Origin: an uncultured Clostridia bacterium
Lineage (GTDB): Bacteria; Bacillota; Clostridia; Saccharofermentanales; Saccharofermentanaceae
NCBI GenBank assembly: GCA_947303255.1
Contig: CAMYXL010000001.1
Location: 18,231-82,230, forward strand
Length of the DNA stretch: 64,000 nucleotides
Direction of reading: 5' to 3'
Within the stretch, counting starts at the first letter, position 1. Each line of letters begins with the position of its first letter. Positions 29,323 through 40,750 of this stretch are shown here, one piece after another. The notes under the pieces were generated by a model. The model saw only the letters and a program-made list of their open reading frames with translations. It had not been told where the DNA came from and ran no database searches. The translations under genes were made by a program, and so were the position numbers.

Positions 29323-29793
29323 GTGCCAAGAAAGGGCAATATCCCAGTTAGAGAAGTGCTCCCTGATCCGCTTTACAATGATGTTAAGGTATCTAAGCTT
29401 ATCAACAACATCATGCTTGACGGTAAAAAGGGTGTAGCACAGAAAATTTGCTACGACGCTTTCGATATCATCAAAGAGCGTACGGGCTCCGAGCCTTTGG
29501 AAGTTTTCTACAAGGCTCTCGAAAATGTTATGCCTGTTCTCGAGTGTAAGGCAAGACGTGTCGGTGGTGCAAACTACCAGGTACCTCTTGAAGTACGTCC
29601 TGCAAGACGTCAGACACTCGGACTTCGTTGGATCGTTACATATGCTAGACAGAGAAGCGAGCGCACAATGAAAGAGCGTCTTGCTGCAGAGCTCATCGAT
29701 GCATCAAACGAGACAGGCGGAGCTTTCAAGAAGAAAGAAGACATGCACAAGATGGCAGATGCAAACCGTGCATTTGCTCATTACAGATGGTAA
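29323..29793 (+). CDS. rpsG: 30S ribosomal protein S7
   Basis: [36 protein letters not shown] start. Confidence 0.99.
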   Translation: MPRKGNIPVREVLPDPLYNDVKVSKLINNIMLDGKKGVAQKICYDAFDIIKERTGSEPLEVFYKALENVMPVLECKARRVGGANYQVPLEVRPARRQTLGLRWIVTYARQRSERTMKERLAAELIDASNETGGAFKKKEDMHKMADANRAFAHYRW

Positions 29794-29814
29794 TTACTAA
29801 GGAGCATTGAAACG

Positions 29815-31881
29815 ATGAATAGAGAGTATCCACTCGAAAGAACAAGAAATATCGGTATCATGGCTCACATCGACGCAGGTAAGACAACAACTACTGAGCG
29901 TATCCTTTACTACACAGGTATCAACCGTAAGATGGGTGAGGTTCACGAGGGTGCTGCTACGATGGACTTCATGGTACAGGAGCAGGAGAGAGGTATTACT
30001 ATCCAGTCTGCTGCTACAACAGCTCCTTGGAAGAATCACCGTATCAACATCATCGATACTCCAGGCCACGTTGACTTCACAGTTGAGGTTGAGCGTTCCC
30101 TTCGTGTATTGGACGGTGCCGTTACGGTTATGTCCGCTAGAGGCGGTGTTGAGCCTCAGACAGAAACAGTTTGGAGACAGGCTGAGCACTACGGTGTACC
30201 ACGTATGGTATACGTAAACAAGATGGATATCTTGGGTGCTAACTTCTTCAGAGTTGTCGACATGATCAAGGATCGTTTGAAGAGCAACGCTGTTGCTATC
30301 CAGATCCCGATCGGTGCAGAGGACAGCTTCGAAGGAATTATCGACCTCATGACACTCCGTGCTGAGGTTTACACAAGTGAAGACGGTATGCAGTATGAGG
30401 ACCGTGAGGTTCCTGCTGACATGATGGATCTCGTTCAGGAGAAGAGAGATCTCATGATCGAGAAGATCGCCGAGACAGATGAAGAACTCACAATGAAGTT
30501 CCTCGAAGGCGAAGAGATCAGCGTTGACGAGCTCAAGGCTGCACTTCGTAAGGCTACAGTAGCATGCGAGATCATCCCTGTTATCTGTGGTACATCTTTG
30601 AGAAACAAAGGTGTTCAGATGATGCTCGACGCTATCGTTGACTACATGCCATCACCACTTGATATCAAGGCTATTTCAGGTGTTAACCCTGATACAGAAG
30701 AGGAAGAGACACGTCCTGCATCTGATGAAGAGCCATTCGCAGCTCTTGCATTCAAGATCATGACAGACCCATTCGTAGGTAAGCTTTGCTTCTTCCGTGT
30801 ATATTCAGGTGTACTTGATGCAGGTTCTTATGTTCTTAACGCAACAAAGAACAAGAAGGAGCGTATTGGACGTATCGTTCAGATGCACGCTGACTCCCGT
30901 AAGGAGATCGAAAAGGTTTACTCAGGTGATATCGCTGCTGCTATCGGTCTTAAGGACACAACAACAGGTGATACGCTCTGTGATGAGAACCATCCGATCA
31001 TCCTCGAGTCCATGGAGTTCCCGGAGCCTGTTATCGAAGTAGCTATCGAGCCTAAGAGCCGTGCTTCACAGGAGAAGATGATCATCGCTCTCCAGAAGCT
31101 CGCAGAAGAGGATCCTACATTTAAGACATATACCAACCAGGAAACAGGACAAACGATCATCGCAGGTATGGGTGAGCTTCACCTCGATATCATCGTTGAC
31201 CGTCTCCTCCGTGAGTTCAAGGTTGAGGCTAACGTAGGTGCTCCTCAGGTTTCCTATAAGGAGACAATCCGTAAGACTGTTGAGTGCGAAGGTAAGTTCG
31301 TACGTCAGTCCGGTGGTCACGGTCAGTACGGTCACTGCTGGCTCAGACTTGAGCCACAGGAGCCAGGTACAGGCTATCAGTTCCTTAACGAGACTGTCGG
31401 CGGTTCCATCCCTAAGGAGTTTATCGCTCCTATCGATGCCGGTGTACAGGAAGCTATGCAGGCCGGTATCCTCGGCGGATTCCCTGTAGTAGACGTTAAG
31501 GTTACAGTATTCGACGGTTCCTACCACGATGTCGACTCTTCAGAAATGGCATTTAAGATCGCAGGTTCCATGGGATTCAAGGCTGGTATGGCTAAGGCTG
31601 ATCCTTGCCTCCTCGAGCCAATCATGAAGGTTGACGTTGAAGTACCTGATGAGTACTTGGGTGACGTTATCGGCGGTCTTAACGCTCGTCGTGGTCAGAT
31701 CAAGACTATCGAGCCTGAGAACGGTTCACAGCAGATCACTGCTGAAGTACCTCTCGCACAGATGTTCGGTTACGCAACGGCTCTCCGTTCCACAACTCAG
31801 GGACGTGGTACCTTCGTAATGCAGATCAGCCACTTCGCTGAGACACCTAAGAGCATCATGGAAGAGGTTCTTAAGAAATAA
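29815..31881 (+). CDS. fusA: Elongation factor G
   Basis: [34 protein letters not shown]. Confidence 0.99.
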   Translation: MNREYPLERTRNIGIMAHIDAGKTTTTERILYYTGINRKMGEVHEGAATMDFMVQEQERGITIQSAATTAPWKNHRINIIDTPGHVDFTVEVERSLRVLDGAVTVMSARGGVEPQTETVWRQAEHYGVPRMVYVNKMDILGANFFRVVDMIKDRLKSNAVAIQIPIGAEDSFEGIIDLMTLRAEVYTSEDGMQYEDREVPADMMDLVQEKRDLMIEKIAETDEELTMKFLEGEEISVDELKAALRKATVACEIIPVICGTSLRNKGVQMMLDAIVDYMPSPLDIKAISGVNPDTEEEETRPASDEEPFAALAFKIMTDPFVGKLCFFRVYSGVLDAGSYVLNATKNKKERIGRIVQMHADSRKEIEKVYSGDIAAAIGLKDTTTGDTLCDENHPIILESMEFPEPVIEVAIEPKSRASQEKMIIALQKLAEEDPTFKTYTNQETGQTIIAGMGELHLDIIVDRLLREFKVEANVGAPQVSYKETIRKTVECEGKFVRQSGGHGQYGHCWLRLEPQEPGTGYQFLNETVGGSIPKEFIAPIDAGVQEAMQAGILGGFPVVDVKVTVFDGSYHDVDSSEMAFKIAGSMGFKAGMAKADPCLLEPIMKVDVEVPDEYLGDVIGGLNARRGQIKTIEPENGSQQITAEVPLAQMFGYATALRSTTQGRGTFVMQISHFAETPKSIMEEVLKK

Positions 31882-31962
31882 GTTTGATTTAATATCGCAA
31901 GATTTTAAATACAACAGACACATCGTTATCTTCTCGGCGGTAAGCCTAATGGGTTTTTCTAC

Positions 31963-31991
31963 TTGAAACCGAGTGTTAAATCTTTTAAAAT
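31963..31991 (+). promoter_or_regulatory. Internal sigma-A promoter for tuf
   Basis: TTGAAA-N17-TAAAAT in the fusA-tuf spacer. Confidence 0.7.
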
Positions 31992-32056
31992 AGGTTTTAT
32001 CGCGAGAATATAGCGGAAAGAAATTTTATCGTAATTTTCTAAGGAGGAAAATTAAA

Positions 32057-33259
32057 ATGGCTAAGGAAAAGTTTGTACGTAATAAGCCACACGTAAACAT
32101 CGGTACAATCGGTCACGTTGACCACGGTAAGACAACTCTTACAGCTGCTATCACAAAGGTACTCGCTATGAAGGGTGGAGCTGAGTTCAAGGATTACAGC
32201 AACATCGACTCCGCACCCGAGGAAAGAGCTCGTGGTATCACGATCAACACAGCACACGTTGAGTACGAGACAGAGACACGTCACTATGCACACGTTGACT
32301 GCCCCGGCCACGCTGACTACATCAAGAACATGATCACTGGTGCTGCTCAGATGGACGGCGCTATCCTCGTAGTTTCCGCTGCTGATGGCCCGATGCCACA
32401 GACTCGTGAGCACATCCTTCTCGCTCGTCAGGTTGGCGTTCCTTACATCGTTGTATTCATGAACAAGTGCGACCAGGTTGATGACGAAGAGCTTCTCGAG
32501 CTCGTTGAGATGGACATCCGTGACCTCTTGAACCAGTACGAGTTCCCAGGTGATGATACACCAATCATCCGTGGTTCTGCTCTTGCTGCAATCGAGTCTT
32601 CTTCTACAGATATCAACGCTCCTGAGTATGCTCCTATCGTTGAGCTCATGAAGGCTGTTGATGAGTATATCGCTACACCAGAGCGTCCAACAGATAAGCC
32701 ATTCCTTATGCCTGTTGAGGACGTATTCACAATCACAGGTCGTGGTACAGTTGCTACAGGCCGTCTCGAGAGAGGTGTTGTTAAGGTTGGTGACGCTGCT
32801 GAGATCGTTGGTCTCCAGGATGAGCCTAAGTCCACAACAATCACAGGTGTTGAGATGTTCCGTAAGCAGATGGATCAGGCTGAGGCTGGTGACAACATCG
32901 GTGCTCTTCTCCGTGGTATCGACCGTAAGGAAGTTGAGAGAGGTCAGGTTCTTGCTAAGCCAGGTACAATCACACCTCACACAAAGTTCACAGGTCAAGT
33001 TTACGTATTGACAGCAGAAGAGGGTGGCCGTCATAAGCCATTCTTCAACGGTTATCGTCCACAGTTCTACTTCAGAACAACAGACGTTACAGGTGTTGCA
33101 CATCTCCCAGAGGGAACAGAAATGTGTATGCCTGGTGACCACGTAACAATCTCCGTTGAGCTTATCACACCTATCGCTATGGAGCAGGGTCTTAAGTTCG
33201 CTATCCGTGAGGGTGGTCATACAGTTGGTGCTGGTACAGTTTCCACAATCGTTGAGTAA
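32057..33259 (+). CDS. tuf: Elongation factor Tu
   Basis: [35 protein letters not shown]. Confidence 0.99.
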   Translation: MAKEKFVRNKPHVNIGTIGHVDHGKTTLTAAITKVLAMKGGAEFKDYSNIDSAPEERARGITINTAHVEYETETRHYAHVDCPGHADYIKNMITGAAQMDGAILVVSAADGPMPQTREHILLARQVGVPYIVVFMNKCDQVDDEELLELVEMDIRDLLNQYEFPGDDTPIIRGSALAAIESSSTDINAPEYAPIVELMKAVDEYIATPERPTDKPFLMPVEDVFTITGRGTVATGRLERGVVKVGDAAEIVGLQDEPKSTTITGVEMFRKQMDQAEAGDNIGALLRGIDRKEVERGQVLAKPGTITPHTKFTGQVYVLTAEEGGRHKPFFNGYRPQFYFRTTDVTGVAHLPEGTEMCMPGDHVTISVELITPIAMEQGLKFAIREGGHTVGAGTVSTIVE

Positions 33260-33287
33260 TCTTTACTGATTATTGAATGAAATTAAC

Positions 33288-33317
33288 AGAGGTCGTCTTC
33301 GGATGGCCTCTTTTTTT
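33288..33317 (+). terminator. Intrinsic terminator of the str operon
   Basis: AGAGGTCGTC-TTCG-GATGGCCTCT followed by a T run. Confidence 0.9.
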
Positions 33318-33365
33318 GTCCGAAAAAAGTTATAATTGATATCGGGGAGAACGGAGGATAAAGTC

Positions 33366-34061
33366 ATGAAAGACAAGAAAACAATCGTTTCTGCGATACT
33401 GTCGGTCATTGCGGTCGTTGCATTTATCTATTCTTACTTTACTGAAGAGTATTGGGCTTTCATCGCGGCAGTGGGACTAAGCTTTATTGTCTATTCGATC
33501 ATGTTCCTTTTCGCGGACAGGAATAAAAAAGAAAGCAAGCTTAGGATCACTTTGGCAGTGATGGCTGTGACCGGAGTTTATCTGATGGTCACGAGCCTTC
33601 TTTGGGGTATCGGCCCTTATGATATAAGCGATTGGATAAATGACCATATCTGGTCTTTAATATTCCTGGCAGTCGTATTTATAGGAATAACGCTGATGGC
33701 AGCTAGCCTTGATATCGTAAACTCAAGAAAGAGGATGTGTGATCTGGAGGTCGTTGCCGAGTGCGTGGAACTTGCCGAGAAGATCGAAGGTGAAGACGAA
33801 AGGCCGACCTATTCTCCAATATGGGAGTTCAACCATGACGGTGAGATGAAAAGGATACAAAGGGAGTTTTATACCAATGTTAAGAAATGGCTCCCGGTGA
33901 TCGGTGAGAAGAGAACGCTGCACATCAATTCGGTGACTTTCGATGATTATTATGAGGATAAACCTTCTGATGCTTTTAGTAAGGTATTCCTTTTCATAGG
34001 ACTGGGATTCACGGTGATCGGATTATTCGCCACGGTGATCGCGATATTATTCATACAATGA
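33366..34061 (+). CDS. Membrane protein with a DUF3592-like C-terminal beta domain
   Basis: Four N-terminal TM segments, then YSPIWEFNHDGE...IGEKRTLHIN and a final TM; RBS GGAGG. Confidence 0.65.
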   Translation: MKDKKTIVSAILSVIAVVAFIYSYFTEEYWAFIAAVGLSFIVYSIMFLFADRNKKESKLRITLAVMAVTGVYLMVTSLLWGIGPYDISDWINDHIWSLIFLAVVFIGITLMAASLDIVNSRKRMCDLEVVAECVELAEKIEGEDERPTYSPIWEFNHDGEMKRIQREFYTNVKKWLPVIGEKRTLHINSVTFDDYYEDKPSDAFSKVFLFIGLGFTVIGLFATVIAILFIQ

Positions 34062-34065
34062 CAAC

Positions 34066-34086
34066 GGCTGCTTCGGCAGCCTTTTT
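34066..34086 (+). terminator. Intrinsic terminator
   Basis: GGCTGC-TTCG-GCAGCC-TTTTT. Confidence 0.8.
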
Positions 34087-34184
34087 GATGAGAATACTCA
34101 AAACTTCATAAAATCTTAAGGACTTTGCTTATATCATCTTAATCGGGGTATGGGTAGAATAAAGTTACATAAGGAGGAGAAGCC

Positions 34185-34880
34185 ATGGCAAACATTCTTA
34201 TATGCGACGACGAGAGGGACATTGTTAACGCGCTCAAGATATATCTCAATGATCCCGATTACGTGCTTTTCGAGGCGCACAACGGAAAGGAAGCCGTTGA
34301 TATCGTACGAGATGAGGAAATACATCTGGTCCTGCTGGACATCATGATGCCGGTAATGGACGGAATACAGGCAATGTCGCGTATAAGAGAAACGAGCAAC
34401 GTCCCGATAATCCTTCTTACCGCGAAAAGCGAAGATGCTGATAAGGTACTGGGCTTAAACGTCGGAGCAGACGACTATATAACAAAACCCTTCAGCCCGC
34501 TAGAGGTTTGTGCCAGAGTAAGATCACAGCTTCGCAGATACCTAAGTCTCGGCGCCGGCGCCACGAAGACTTCGGTAGTGCTTACGATAGGAGGTCTGGA
34601 ACTTGACGACAATTCAAAGACCGTGACCTTGGACGGCGAGCAGATATCTCTGACCAAGAAAGAATTTGAGATATTGAAGCTTTTGATGGAGAACCCGAAC
34701 AGAGTGTTTTCGCCGAAAGAGATCTACAGCAAGGTCTGGAATGAAGATCCGATAGGAACGGACAACACCGTCGCAGTACATATTAGACATCTGAGAGAAA
34801 AGACTGAGATCAATCCCGCAGAGCCGAGATATATAAAGGTTGTTTTCGGACAGGGATATAAGATCCAGAAGGGAAAGTGA
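34185..34880 (+). CDS. OmpR/PhoB-family response regulator
   Basis: ILICDDE, LVLLDIMMP, LLTAK, GADDYITKPF; winged helix LTKKEFEIL...VAVHIRHLREK. Confidence 0.95.
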   Translation: MANILICDDERDIVNALKIYLNDPDYVLFEAHNGKEAVDIVRDEEIHLVLLDIMMPVMDGIQAMSRIRETSNVPIILLTAKSEDADKVLGLNVGADDYITKPFSPLEVCARVRSQLRRYLSLGAGATKTSVVLTIGGLELDDNSKTVTLDGEQISLTKKEFEILKLLMENPNRVFSPKEIYSKVWNEDPIGTDNTVAVHIRHLREKTEINPAEPRYIKVVFGQGYKIQKGK

Positions 34881-34881
34881 A

Positions 34882-36801
34882 ATGAAAAACTTTTTTAGGA
34901 CATTTGTGGGAAAAGGAATCCTATATACTGCTGTGATCCTGTCGACACTGATGTTTCTGGCGTCGATCTGCAGTGCAGGTTATATGATCTTCAGTGATTA
35001 CTACAAGTCAAGTGAAGAAGATCTTAGAAAGACCGAACTGGAACGGTATGCCAATAACCATCTGGAAATGCAGTTCTATAACAACTTTAACTTTACAACC
35101 GGTAAACTCGATAATGTAATGGTAAATGACGACGGCAACTTCCTTTTCAGGATCTCGGATAAGGATGGAAACGTTATCTTAACGTCCCATCATGAGCCGG
35201 CGGAATATACATATAAAGAGTATATTACCGTTCTTCCGAGAGAAGATGTTACTATTACGGAGGGTACCAGATACGATGTTACCAGCCATTCGAGCAGCAG
35301 CATGGTTTCTGATTACCTGATAAAGCTCAACGATAAGCAGGAACTCTTTATCCTCGAAGGCGGTCTTGATCCGGAACTTAAGTATATAGATGATTTCAAG
35401 CTGTTTCTGACGTTCCATCACACCCTCTATACATTGAAGTACGGGATCTACTTTATCGGAATAGCATCATTCGTTCTTATGATTGTTTCCTTTGTCGCTC
35501 TCATGTGCGTATCCGGAAGACGGCCTAAGAAAGAAGAGATCGTACCGTGGTACTTCCATAAGGTTCCGTATGAACTGTTGCTGGTTCCGTTTGTGTTTGT
35601 CATGCTGATCGGAGCCTCAAGCTTCAACGGAGATGAAGAGATTGTGGTGACGCTTCTGGGAATAATGTATCTGTTCTTCCCGTTACTGTGCATGAGTACA
35701 GCCGTAAGGATAAAGACTCATACCCTTATCAAAAACACCCTGACTTACAAGGCTATCATGCTCTGCTGGAAGATCCTGAAGCTTATCGGAAAAGGCATCT
35801 ATGCAGTTCTTAAGAACATGGGGATCCTCTATAAAGTTCTCATCGCTCTTTTCGTAATGATGTGCTTCTGGTTTGTGATGATAGGCGTCCATGACAGAAG
35901 AGCGAATGTATTCCTTTTCTTCATGACAGCTCTGATCGTTATTCCGGCTATCATCGCTGTTGTTCTACAGATCAATAAGCTCAGGAAGGGCGCTAAGGAA
36001 CTGGCAGCAGGAAACTTCGATCATGTGATCGATACAAAGTGGATGCTTCCGGAGATCAGAAAGCACGCGGAAGATCTGAACAATATTGCTGAAGCACAGA
36101 AGATCGCAGTTGCCGAGAAGGTAAAAAGCGAGAGGATGAAGACTGAACTTATCACAAACGTTTCTCACGACATCAAGACTCCTCTTACATCTATTATCAA
36201 TTATGCCGATCTCATTTCCAAAGAGGAGACGACCAGTGAGAAGGGAAAAGAGTATTCTGAAGTTTTGGTAAGACAGTCGGTAAGACTTAAGACGCTTTTG
36301 GAAGATCTCGTTGAGGCATCGAAGGCTTCCACCGGAAACTTAGAAGTCGATCTTCAGCCGTGTGACGCACAGGTTTTCGTGACTCAGTGCGCAGGCGAGT
36401 TTGAAGAGAAGATGAGCAATGCGAATTTAACGCTCGTGACTAACGTGCCTGATGAATCCATAAGGATCATGGCTGACGGCAGAAGGATGCAGAGAGTTTT
36501 CGATAATCTTCTGAATAATGCCTGCAAGTATTCGCTTCCGGGAACCAGAGTTTATGTGGATCTTCAGGACAATGGCACTGATGCGGTGTTCGTTTTCAAG
36601 AACACGTCAAAGGAGCCGCTCAACATGTCGGAAGAAGAACTCATGGAGCGATTCACCAGAGGCGATTCCTCGAGAAACACTGAAGGCAGCGGCCTCGGAC
36701 TCTCGATCGCGGGCAACCTCGCGGAACTTCAGAACGGCAAGCTGAGACTATCTACGGACGGAGACCTTTTTAAGGCTACTCTGACCTTTCCTAAGATATA
36801 A
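34882..36801 (+). CDS. Membrane-bound sensor histidine kinase (HisKA)
   Basis: Multiple TM segments, ITNVSHDIKTPLTSII, NLLNNACKY, RFTRGD, GSGLGLSIA. ATG at 34882. Confidence 0.93.
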   Translation: MKNFFRTFVGKGILYTAVILSTLMFLASICSAGYMIFSDYYKSSEEDLRKTELERYANNHLEMQFYNNFNFTTGKLDNVMVNDDGNFLFRISDKDGNVILTSHHEPAEYTYKEYITVLPREDVTITEGTRYDVTSHSSSSMVSDYLIKLNDKQELFILEGGLDPELKYIDDFKLFLTFHHTLYTLKYGIYFIGIASFVLMIVSFVALMCVSGRRPKKEEIVPWYFHKVPYELLLVPFVFVMLIGASSFNGDEEIVVTLLGIMYLFFPLLCMSTAVRIKTHTLIKNTLTYKAIMLCWKILKLIGKGIYAVLKNMGILYKVLIALFVMMCFWFVMIGVHDRRANVFLFFMTALIVIPAIIAVVLQINKLRKGAKELAAGNFDHVIDTKWMLPEIRKHAEDLNNIAEAQKIAVAEKVKSERMKTELITNVSHDIKTPLTSIINYADLISKEETTSEKGKEYSEVLVRQSVRLKTLLEDLVEASKASTGNLEVDLQPCDAQVFVTQCAGEFEEKMSNANLTLVTNVPDESIRIMADGRRMQRVFDNLLNNACKYSLPGTRVYVDLQDNGTDAVFVFKNTSKEPLNMSEEELMERFTRGDSSRNTEGSGLGLSIAGNLAELQNGKLRLSTDGDLFKATLTFPKI

Positions 36802-36830
36802 TTTACTCCTATTCACCACCTTAAGTAAAA

Positions 36831-36869
36831 GCAGAGGCATTTGAGTCAATTCAGATGTCTCTGTTTTTT
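36831..36869 (+). terminator. Intrinsic terminator
   Basis: CAGAGGCATTTGA/TCAGATGTCTCTG stem (includes G-U pairs) followed by a T run. Confidence 0.7.
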
Positions 36870-36978
36870 GCAAGATTCGGTGTAAAAAATGTTTATATGA
36901 TTGAACAAATAAACAAGTTGATTTTTCCGCCATTTAGAGTATATTCATAAAGGACTATTTTCGAAAAAGGAGAAAAGC

Positions 36979-37809
36979 ATGGGTAATGATGGCGGCTCCC
37001 GTATGGAGATCAATTTTGCCAAGCGTATCGTAGTCAAAGTCGGTACTTCTACGATCACTTATGAGACAGGCCGTATGAACCACGGCAATATTGACAGGCT
37101 CTGCCGTGCCATTGCCGACCTTATGAATGCGGGTAAGGAAGTTGTACTCGTAACATCAGGCGCAATCGGTGTTGGTATAGGATGCCTTAATCTCCCCGAA
37201 AAGCCCACATCCATCCGTGAGAAACAGGCTATCGCTTCAGTAGGTCAGTGCGAGCTCATGAATGCATACATGAGAAGCTTTGCCGAGTATTCTTATGCCT
37301 GCGGTCAGATCCTCCTTACAAAGGACGACCTTCTCGACAATCTCACGAAGTCCAATATCAACAATACATTCGAGGCGCTCTTGGAGAAGAGGATCATTCC
37401 GGTAGTTAACGAGAATGACTCCGTTTCCACAGCTGAGATCCTTCATAACGGAACATTCGGTGATAACGATACATTGTCTGCTCAGGTTGCAACTCTCGTA
37501 AACGCAGACCTTCTTATCATCCTTTCCGATATCAACGGTCTTTATGACGACAACCCGCGTGAGAATCCGGACGCTAAGAGGATCTCTTATGTTGAGGAGA
37601 TCACTGACGAGATGCTCCAGTCTTCCACAGGCGCAGGTTCCAAGCTCGGCACAGGCGGAATGTTTACCAAGCTTACAGCTATGCAGAAGGTTACATCCCA
37701 CGGCATCAACGGTGTTATTGCCGAGGGTTCTGATCCTCATGTCTTGGGTAAGATCCTGGATTGCGAGGACATCGGAACATTCTTCCAGTCCAAGGCTCCG
37801 GTCATTTAA
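36979..37809 (+). CDS. proB: Glutamate 5-kinase (no PUA domain)
   Basis: IVVKVGTS, VTSGAI, GQILLT, VNENDSV, FGDNDTLSA, GTGGMFTK. Confidence 0.95.
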   Translation: MGNDGGSRMEINFAKRIVVKVGTSTITYETGRMNHGNIDRLCRAIADLMNAGKEVVLVTSGAIGVGIGCLNLPEKPTSIREKQAIASVGQCELMNAYMRSFAEYSYACGQILLTKDDLLDNLTKSNINNTFEALLEKRIIPVVNENDSVSTAEILHNGTFGDNDTLSAQVATLVNADLLIILSDINGLYDDNPRENPDAKRISYVEEITDEMLQSSTGAGSKLGTGGMFTKLTAMQKVTSHGINGVIAEGSDPHVLGKILDCEDIGTFFQSKAPVI

Positions 37810-38312
37810 ACCGCGTATTTTTCCAGCATATCAATAAGTATTTGAGCAGCACCCCTGATCGTTTCCGGACAGGGGCGCTTTTTATAGTACTCCTCTGTTC
37901 TCGGGGCAGGGACGAACGTGCCTTCGGACTTTTCAAGGCCCAGTATCTCGCGACATATTATGGATCCGTTCTTTTCTCGAAAAAGCTCAGCCGCTTCCTG
38001 GACGAGCCTGTAGTTCTCTGTCTTCGCTTCATGGTCTTTGCCTTCGGTCTGTCCCGCGAAAAGGCCCAGCACTATCAGGATCCCCGAAAAAGCTCCGCAG
38101 ACTTCTCTCAGCCTTCCCATGCCGCCGCCAAATGAAGCAGACATGCGAAGTGCGATATTCTCATCCACATCGAAAAGGTCACAGAAGGAGACGACTACAC
38201 TCTGCGAGCAGTTGAAACCCTCAAAAAACATTCGCTTAGCCTTATCGGCACGGTTCTCACCATTGCCGTCGACTCTTATTAATTCTTTGTTGATCTTAGC
38301 GTATGCCATCAT
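37806..38312 (-). CDS. C-GCAxxG-C-C family putative redox-active protein
   Basis: GFNCSQSV, FGGGMG..REVCGAFSG, GSIICREIL, RPCPETI. Confidence 0.88.
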   Translation of the reverse strand: MMAYAKINKELIRVDGNGENRADKAKRMFFEGFNCSQSVVVSFCDLFDVDENIALRMSASFGGGMGRLREVCGAFSGILIVLGLFAGQTEGKDHEAKTENYRLVQEAAELFREKNGSIICREILGLEKSEGTFVPAPRTEEYYKKRPCPETIRGAAQILIDMLEKYAV

Positions 38313-40627
38313 TAACCTCCAGGCTGGCCGCCGTCCTGATTATTCGGATCAGGAGTTATCGGCTGTCCGTCAGGACCGATCTCTACATCAGGAGTAGGTG
38401 TCGGCGGAGGTGTATGGATCGGACACGGATCGTCAGGGAGGAGATAGCTTCCTTCTACGAAGTAGTCCGTATAGACTGATCCGCTCTCATTACAGTAATC
38501 AGTTGCCAGATAACCTGTACTGCAAACGGTCGCCTGAACGATGGTATCAGGCTTATTGAAGTCGAGACCCGAGCAGTCGTCGTGGATCTGAGTCATTATG
38601 TTGAACCAGATCTTGATGGCGTTGTTTCTGTCAACGTCAGGGATGACTGTCTGTCTTAGTCTGTTGTCGTATCCGTACCAGACTGCGCAGGAATAATAAG
38701 GAGTGTAACCGCAGAACCACTTATCGAGGTTATCATCAGTCGTACCTGTCTTACCTGCTGCAGGGATAACTTCACCGTTGGAGTTAACGATCTGCTGAGC
38801 ATTACTTGAAGCGGTACCGTATTCGATAACGTCCACGAGCATATCAGTCATAAGGAATGACGTCTCCTGCGAGAAAACCCTGTACTTAGGAGGGTTGCAC
38901 TCAAGAATTACGTTGTTGTTCGAATCGATTACCTTTGTATATGCGTAAGGCTGTGTAAATGTGCCTTCAGCTGCGAGTGTGTTATATGCGCCTGCCATCT
39001 CGAGCGGTGTCATACCGACTGTGAAAGCACCGATAGCCTGAGCCGGATAGTATCCGTCTTCCAGTCTGTCGATACCCATTCTGGATAAGAACCACAGAGC
39101 AGTCTCGCCCGTGACATCATTCCAGACTTGAACGGCGATGGTATTCTTGGATCTCGCGACCGCCTGACGTATCGTCATGGTTCCCGCATAAGACCTGTCC
39201 GCGTTAAGCGGCCATACCTGATCCGGATTGTTCGGATTAAGGTGACATTCGTAGTCGTCGTAGATAGTTGCCGGAGCGATCTTCTGAAGCTGCAGTGCCG
39301 GCGCATAGTCTATAAGCGGCTTGATGGATGAACCAGGTGACCTGTTGGCCGATACCGCTCGGTTAAGTCCCAGGTTAACGGTCTTTTCCCCGTAGCCGCC
39401 CTGCATACCCGCTATGGCGCCTGTCTGTACGTTGATGACGACGATACCTGCCTGAGGTTTCTCAGGAAGATTAACGAGAAGCGACGGGTCATTCTGGAAC
39501 AGGCTCTCCGTCATTACTGTCTCATCGAGCACCTCCTGAACGTTCGGCTCCATAGTCGTATAGATGTGATAGCCTCTGTTGTAGACGAGGGTAGCTGCAA
39601 GTGAAGTGGAGATGTTACGCTGTTTGCTCAGGTCATTGATAACTTCCTGGATAGCGTACTCAGCAAAGTAGGAATTGATACTCGTTGAAGAATGGGTATC
39701 CTTGGATTTGAAGTTCAGCTCTGTGTTGAGAGCCTCATCGTATTCGTCCTTGGTGATGGAACCGAGCTCGTACATTTTCGAGAGGACGATCCTTTGTCTT
39801 CTTAAGGCGTTACGGCGTCCGGACTCACGGAGCGGATTATAGTAGGACGGGCTCTTAGGAAGACCTGCGAGGAATGCACACTCAGCGATGTTAAGTTCGC
39901 TGGCGTTCTTTCCAAAGTAGTTCTGCGCAGCAGACTGGATGCCTACATAGTTGTTACCCATAGGAGCGAGGTTGATGTAAAGTTCCATGATCTCGTCCTT
40001 GGTAAGGTCCTGCTCAAGAGCCATGGCGGAATACCACTCCTGAACCTTACGGGATGTGGAGTGCTCGTCCTGACCTGTGATGAGCTTAACTGTCTGCTGT
40101 GTAATGGTGGAACCGCCGTATGTAGCAGTACCGCCGTTGGCGAGGGCTGAGAGAACGGCACTGCCGATACGCTTAACGTCGATACCGGAGTGGGTGTAGA
40201 AACGCTCATCCTCGATGGCGATGATAGCTTCGTCGATATATGTGTCCTTTACGTCAGCGAAAGAAACGTAGATCCTGTCAACGTTCTCGCTTCCGACAAG
40301 CTTCGCGATAACGTTGCCTTCGCTGTCGTAAACGAATGAAGTCTGAACATCTTCTGTGTGGGTAAGGTCGCCGATCGAAAGAGGTTCTGCCGTATTAACG
40401 TAGCCCAGGAGCATTCCTCCGCCAAAGCCGCCGAGGATAAATGCAAGGCATAGAACGAGTACGAGACCGATCTTAAGGATGTCAGATGCGAAACCTATGA
40501 ACTCCCTGTAGATACTTCTGTCGAAGCCCGACCTTGTCGGTTTGCCCTTGAGAGTTGATCGAAGCTCACTTGCCAGTGCCGTCTTTTCCGGCGGTACCGG
40601 TTTGGAGGTTCTCTGCCTGTTGTCCAT
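38312..40627 (-). CDS. Class A penicillin-binding protein (PBP1A)
   Basis: Transglycosylase motifs EDERF, GGSTITQQ and RKVQE; transpeptidase motifs SSIK, SKN and KTG; Pro-rich C-terminus. Start taken at ATG 40627 (the ORF extends to 40645). Confidence 0.95.
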   Translation of the reverse strand: MDNRQRTSKPVPPEKTALASELRSTLKGKPTRSGFDRSIYREFIGFASDILKIGLVLVLCLAFILGGFGGGMLLGYVNTAEPLSIGDLTHTEDVQTSFVYDSEGNVIAKLVGSENVDRIYVSFADVKDTYIDEAIIAIEDERFYTHSGIDVKRIGSAVLSALANGGTATYGGSTITQQTVKLITGQDEHSTSRKVQEWYSAMALEQDLTKDEIMELYINLAPMGNNYVGIQSAAQNYFGKNASELNIAECAFLAGLPKSPSYYNPLRESGRRNALRRQRIVLSKMYELGSITKDEYDEALNTELNFKSKDTHSSTSINSYFAEYAIQEVINDLSKQRNISTSLAATLVYNRGYHIYTTMEPNVQEVLDETVMTESLFQNDPSLLVNLPEKPQAGIVVINVQTGAIAGMQGGYGEKTVNLGLNRAVSANRSPGSSIKPLIDYAPALQLQKIAPATIYDDYECHLNPNNPDQVWPLNADRSYAGTMTIRQAVARSKNTIAVQVWNDVTGETALWFLSRMGIDRLEDGYYPAQAIGAFTVGMTPLEMAGAYNTLAAEGTFTQPYAYTKVIDSNNNVILECNPPKYRVFSQETSFLMTDMLVDVIEYGTASSNAQQIVNSNGEVIPAAGKTGTTDDNLDKWFCGYTPYYSCAVWYGYDNRLRQTVIPDVDRNNAIKIWFNIMTQIHDDCSGLDFNKPDTIVQATVCSTGYLATDYCNESGSVYTDYFVEGSYLLPDDPCPIHTPPPTPTPDVEIGPDGQPITPDPNNQDGGQPGG

Positions 40628-40750
40628 CTTAAAAACCTCATTCATATAATATTAGATAACTATTTTACCACTTTTCGAAAAGGACTATACAAATAATCGA
40701 AAATTGCCACAAAGTGCTACAATAGGGTGAAGTTCGAATCGGAGGCCTAA

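Noticed and set aside
31882-32056. Structured RNA in the fusA-tuf spacer
   Set aside because: Some complementarity exists (CTCGG/CCGAG), but the region is adequately explained by a consensus internal promoter and the RBS.
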